Positions 63,670 to 64,000 of a stretch of 64,000 nt of DNA are shown here, piece after piece. Origin of the DNA: Candidatus Woesearchaeota archaeon. GTDB lineage: Archaea; Nanobdellota; Nanobdellia; Woesearchaeales; SKIA01. The translations under genes were made by a program, and so were the position numbers. Where the stretch lies: positions 64,001 through 128,000 of the forward strand of contig JBJKRI010000005.1 of the NCBI GenBank assembly GCA_046704725.1, read 5' to 3'. Each line of letters starts with the position of its first letter. The first letter of the stretch is position 1. The notes below the pieces were generated by a model that was given only the letters and a program-made list of their open reading frames with translations, did not search any database and had not been told where the DNA came from.

Positions 63670-64000
63670 ATGCGCGTGCTCTACACGGGACGGAACCTGC
63701 GCCTGCGACGGCGCGAGATGATCGCGCACCCGCCGCCAGGCGTGGAGTACGTGACCGAATACCCCTTGTCGTCGCAGCCCCCCGAGCACAAGCTCAGCAA
63801 CCCGAAGCGCACGCTGTCGTACCGGCTGCAACGGTTCGCGCTGCACCTGATATGGATGTTGCGGCTGCCGAACGTGCGCAACGTCGACATCCCGGAAGGG
63901 GTCGACGTCATCCACACGCCCGGACAGCTCCTGCGGACGACCACGCCATACGTGGTGGAGGTGGACAATCCGACCTGCCTGTCGTTCTACAACAGCGCCC
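63670..64000 (+). CDS. 5' part of a probable glycosyltransferase (runs off the window)
   Basis: Open frame MRVLYTGRNL..HPPPGVEY..DVIHTP..PYVVEVDN to the window end; glycan-cluster context. Confidence 0.6.
   Translation, partial: MRVLYTGRNLRLRRREMIAHPPPGVEYVTEYPLSSQPPEHKLSNPKRTLSYRLQRFALHLIWMLRLPNVRNVDIPEGVDVIHTPGQLLRTTTPYVVEVDNPTCLSFYNSA

Overview
GC-rich, gene-dense archaeal chromosomal segment. Archaeal markers include aIF5A, L40e, MBF1, AglB, an intron-containing tRNA-Trp, and TATA boxes about 25 nt upstream of mostly leaderless starts. The gene repertoire is most consistent with a DPANN archaeon such as Woesearchaeota (inference). Contents: glycosyltransferases and an aglB-linked glycan cluster with a flippase, a methyltransferase and a carbamoyltransferase; a HerA/DUF87 ATPase with a LAGLIDADG intein in its P-loop; a nrdR-nrdJ-btuR-NUDIX-dut dNTP module with an NrdR box; two tRNAs; and two surface-protein loci. 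The best candidate for an undescribed system is 13.4-21.8 kb. There, three paralogues of one secreted domain family (WQxxYGN...VF.T...L.VP...EI) occur as a stand-alone protein, as the C-terminal domain of a 1459-aa adhesin-like protein, and as the N-terminal domain of a membrane-anchored protein. This suggests a shaft/tip/base donor-strand filament with its own small DNA-binding regulator. Also notable are an autotransporter-like protein with about 12 predicted beta-strands in an archaeon, a 42-nt tRNA-Trp intron carrying a minimal box C/D guide for Cm34, and a catalytically degenerate PEP-synthase domain fused to a very acidic tract. No CRISPR array, rRNA, integrase or full-length transposase was seen. 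All family assignments come from reading motifs by eye, not from database searches.
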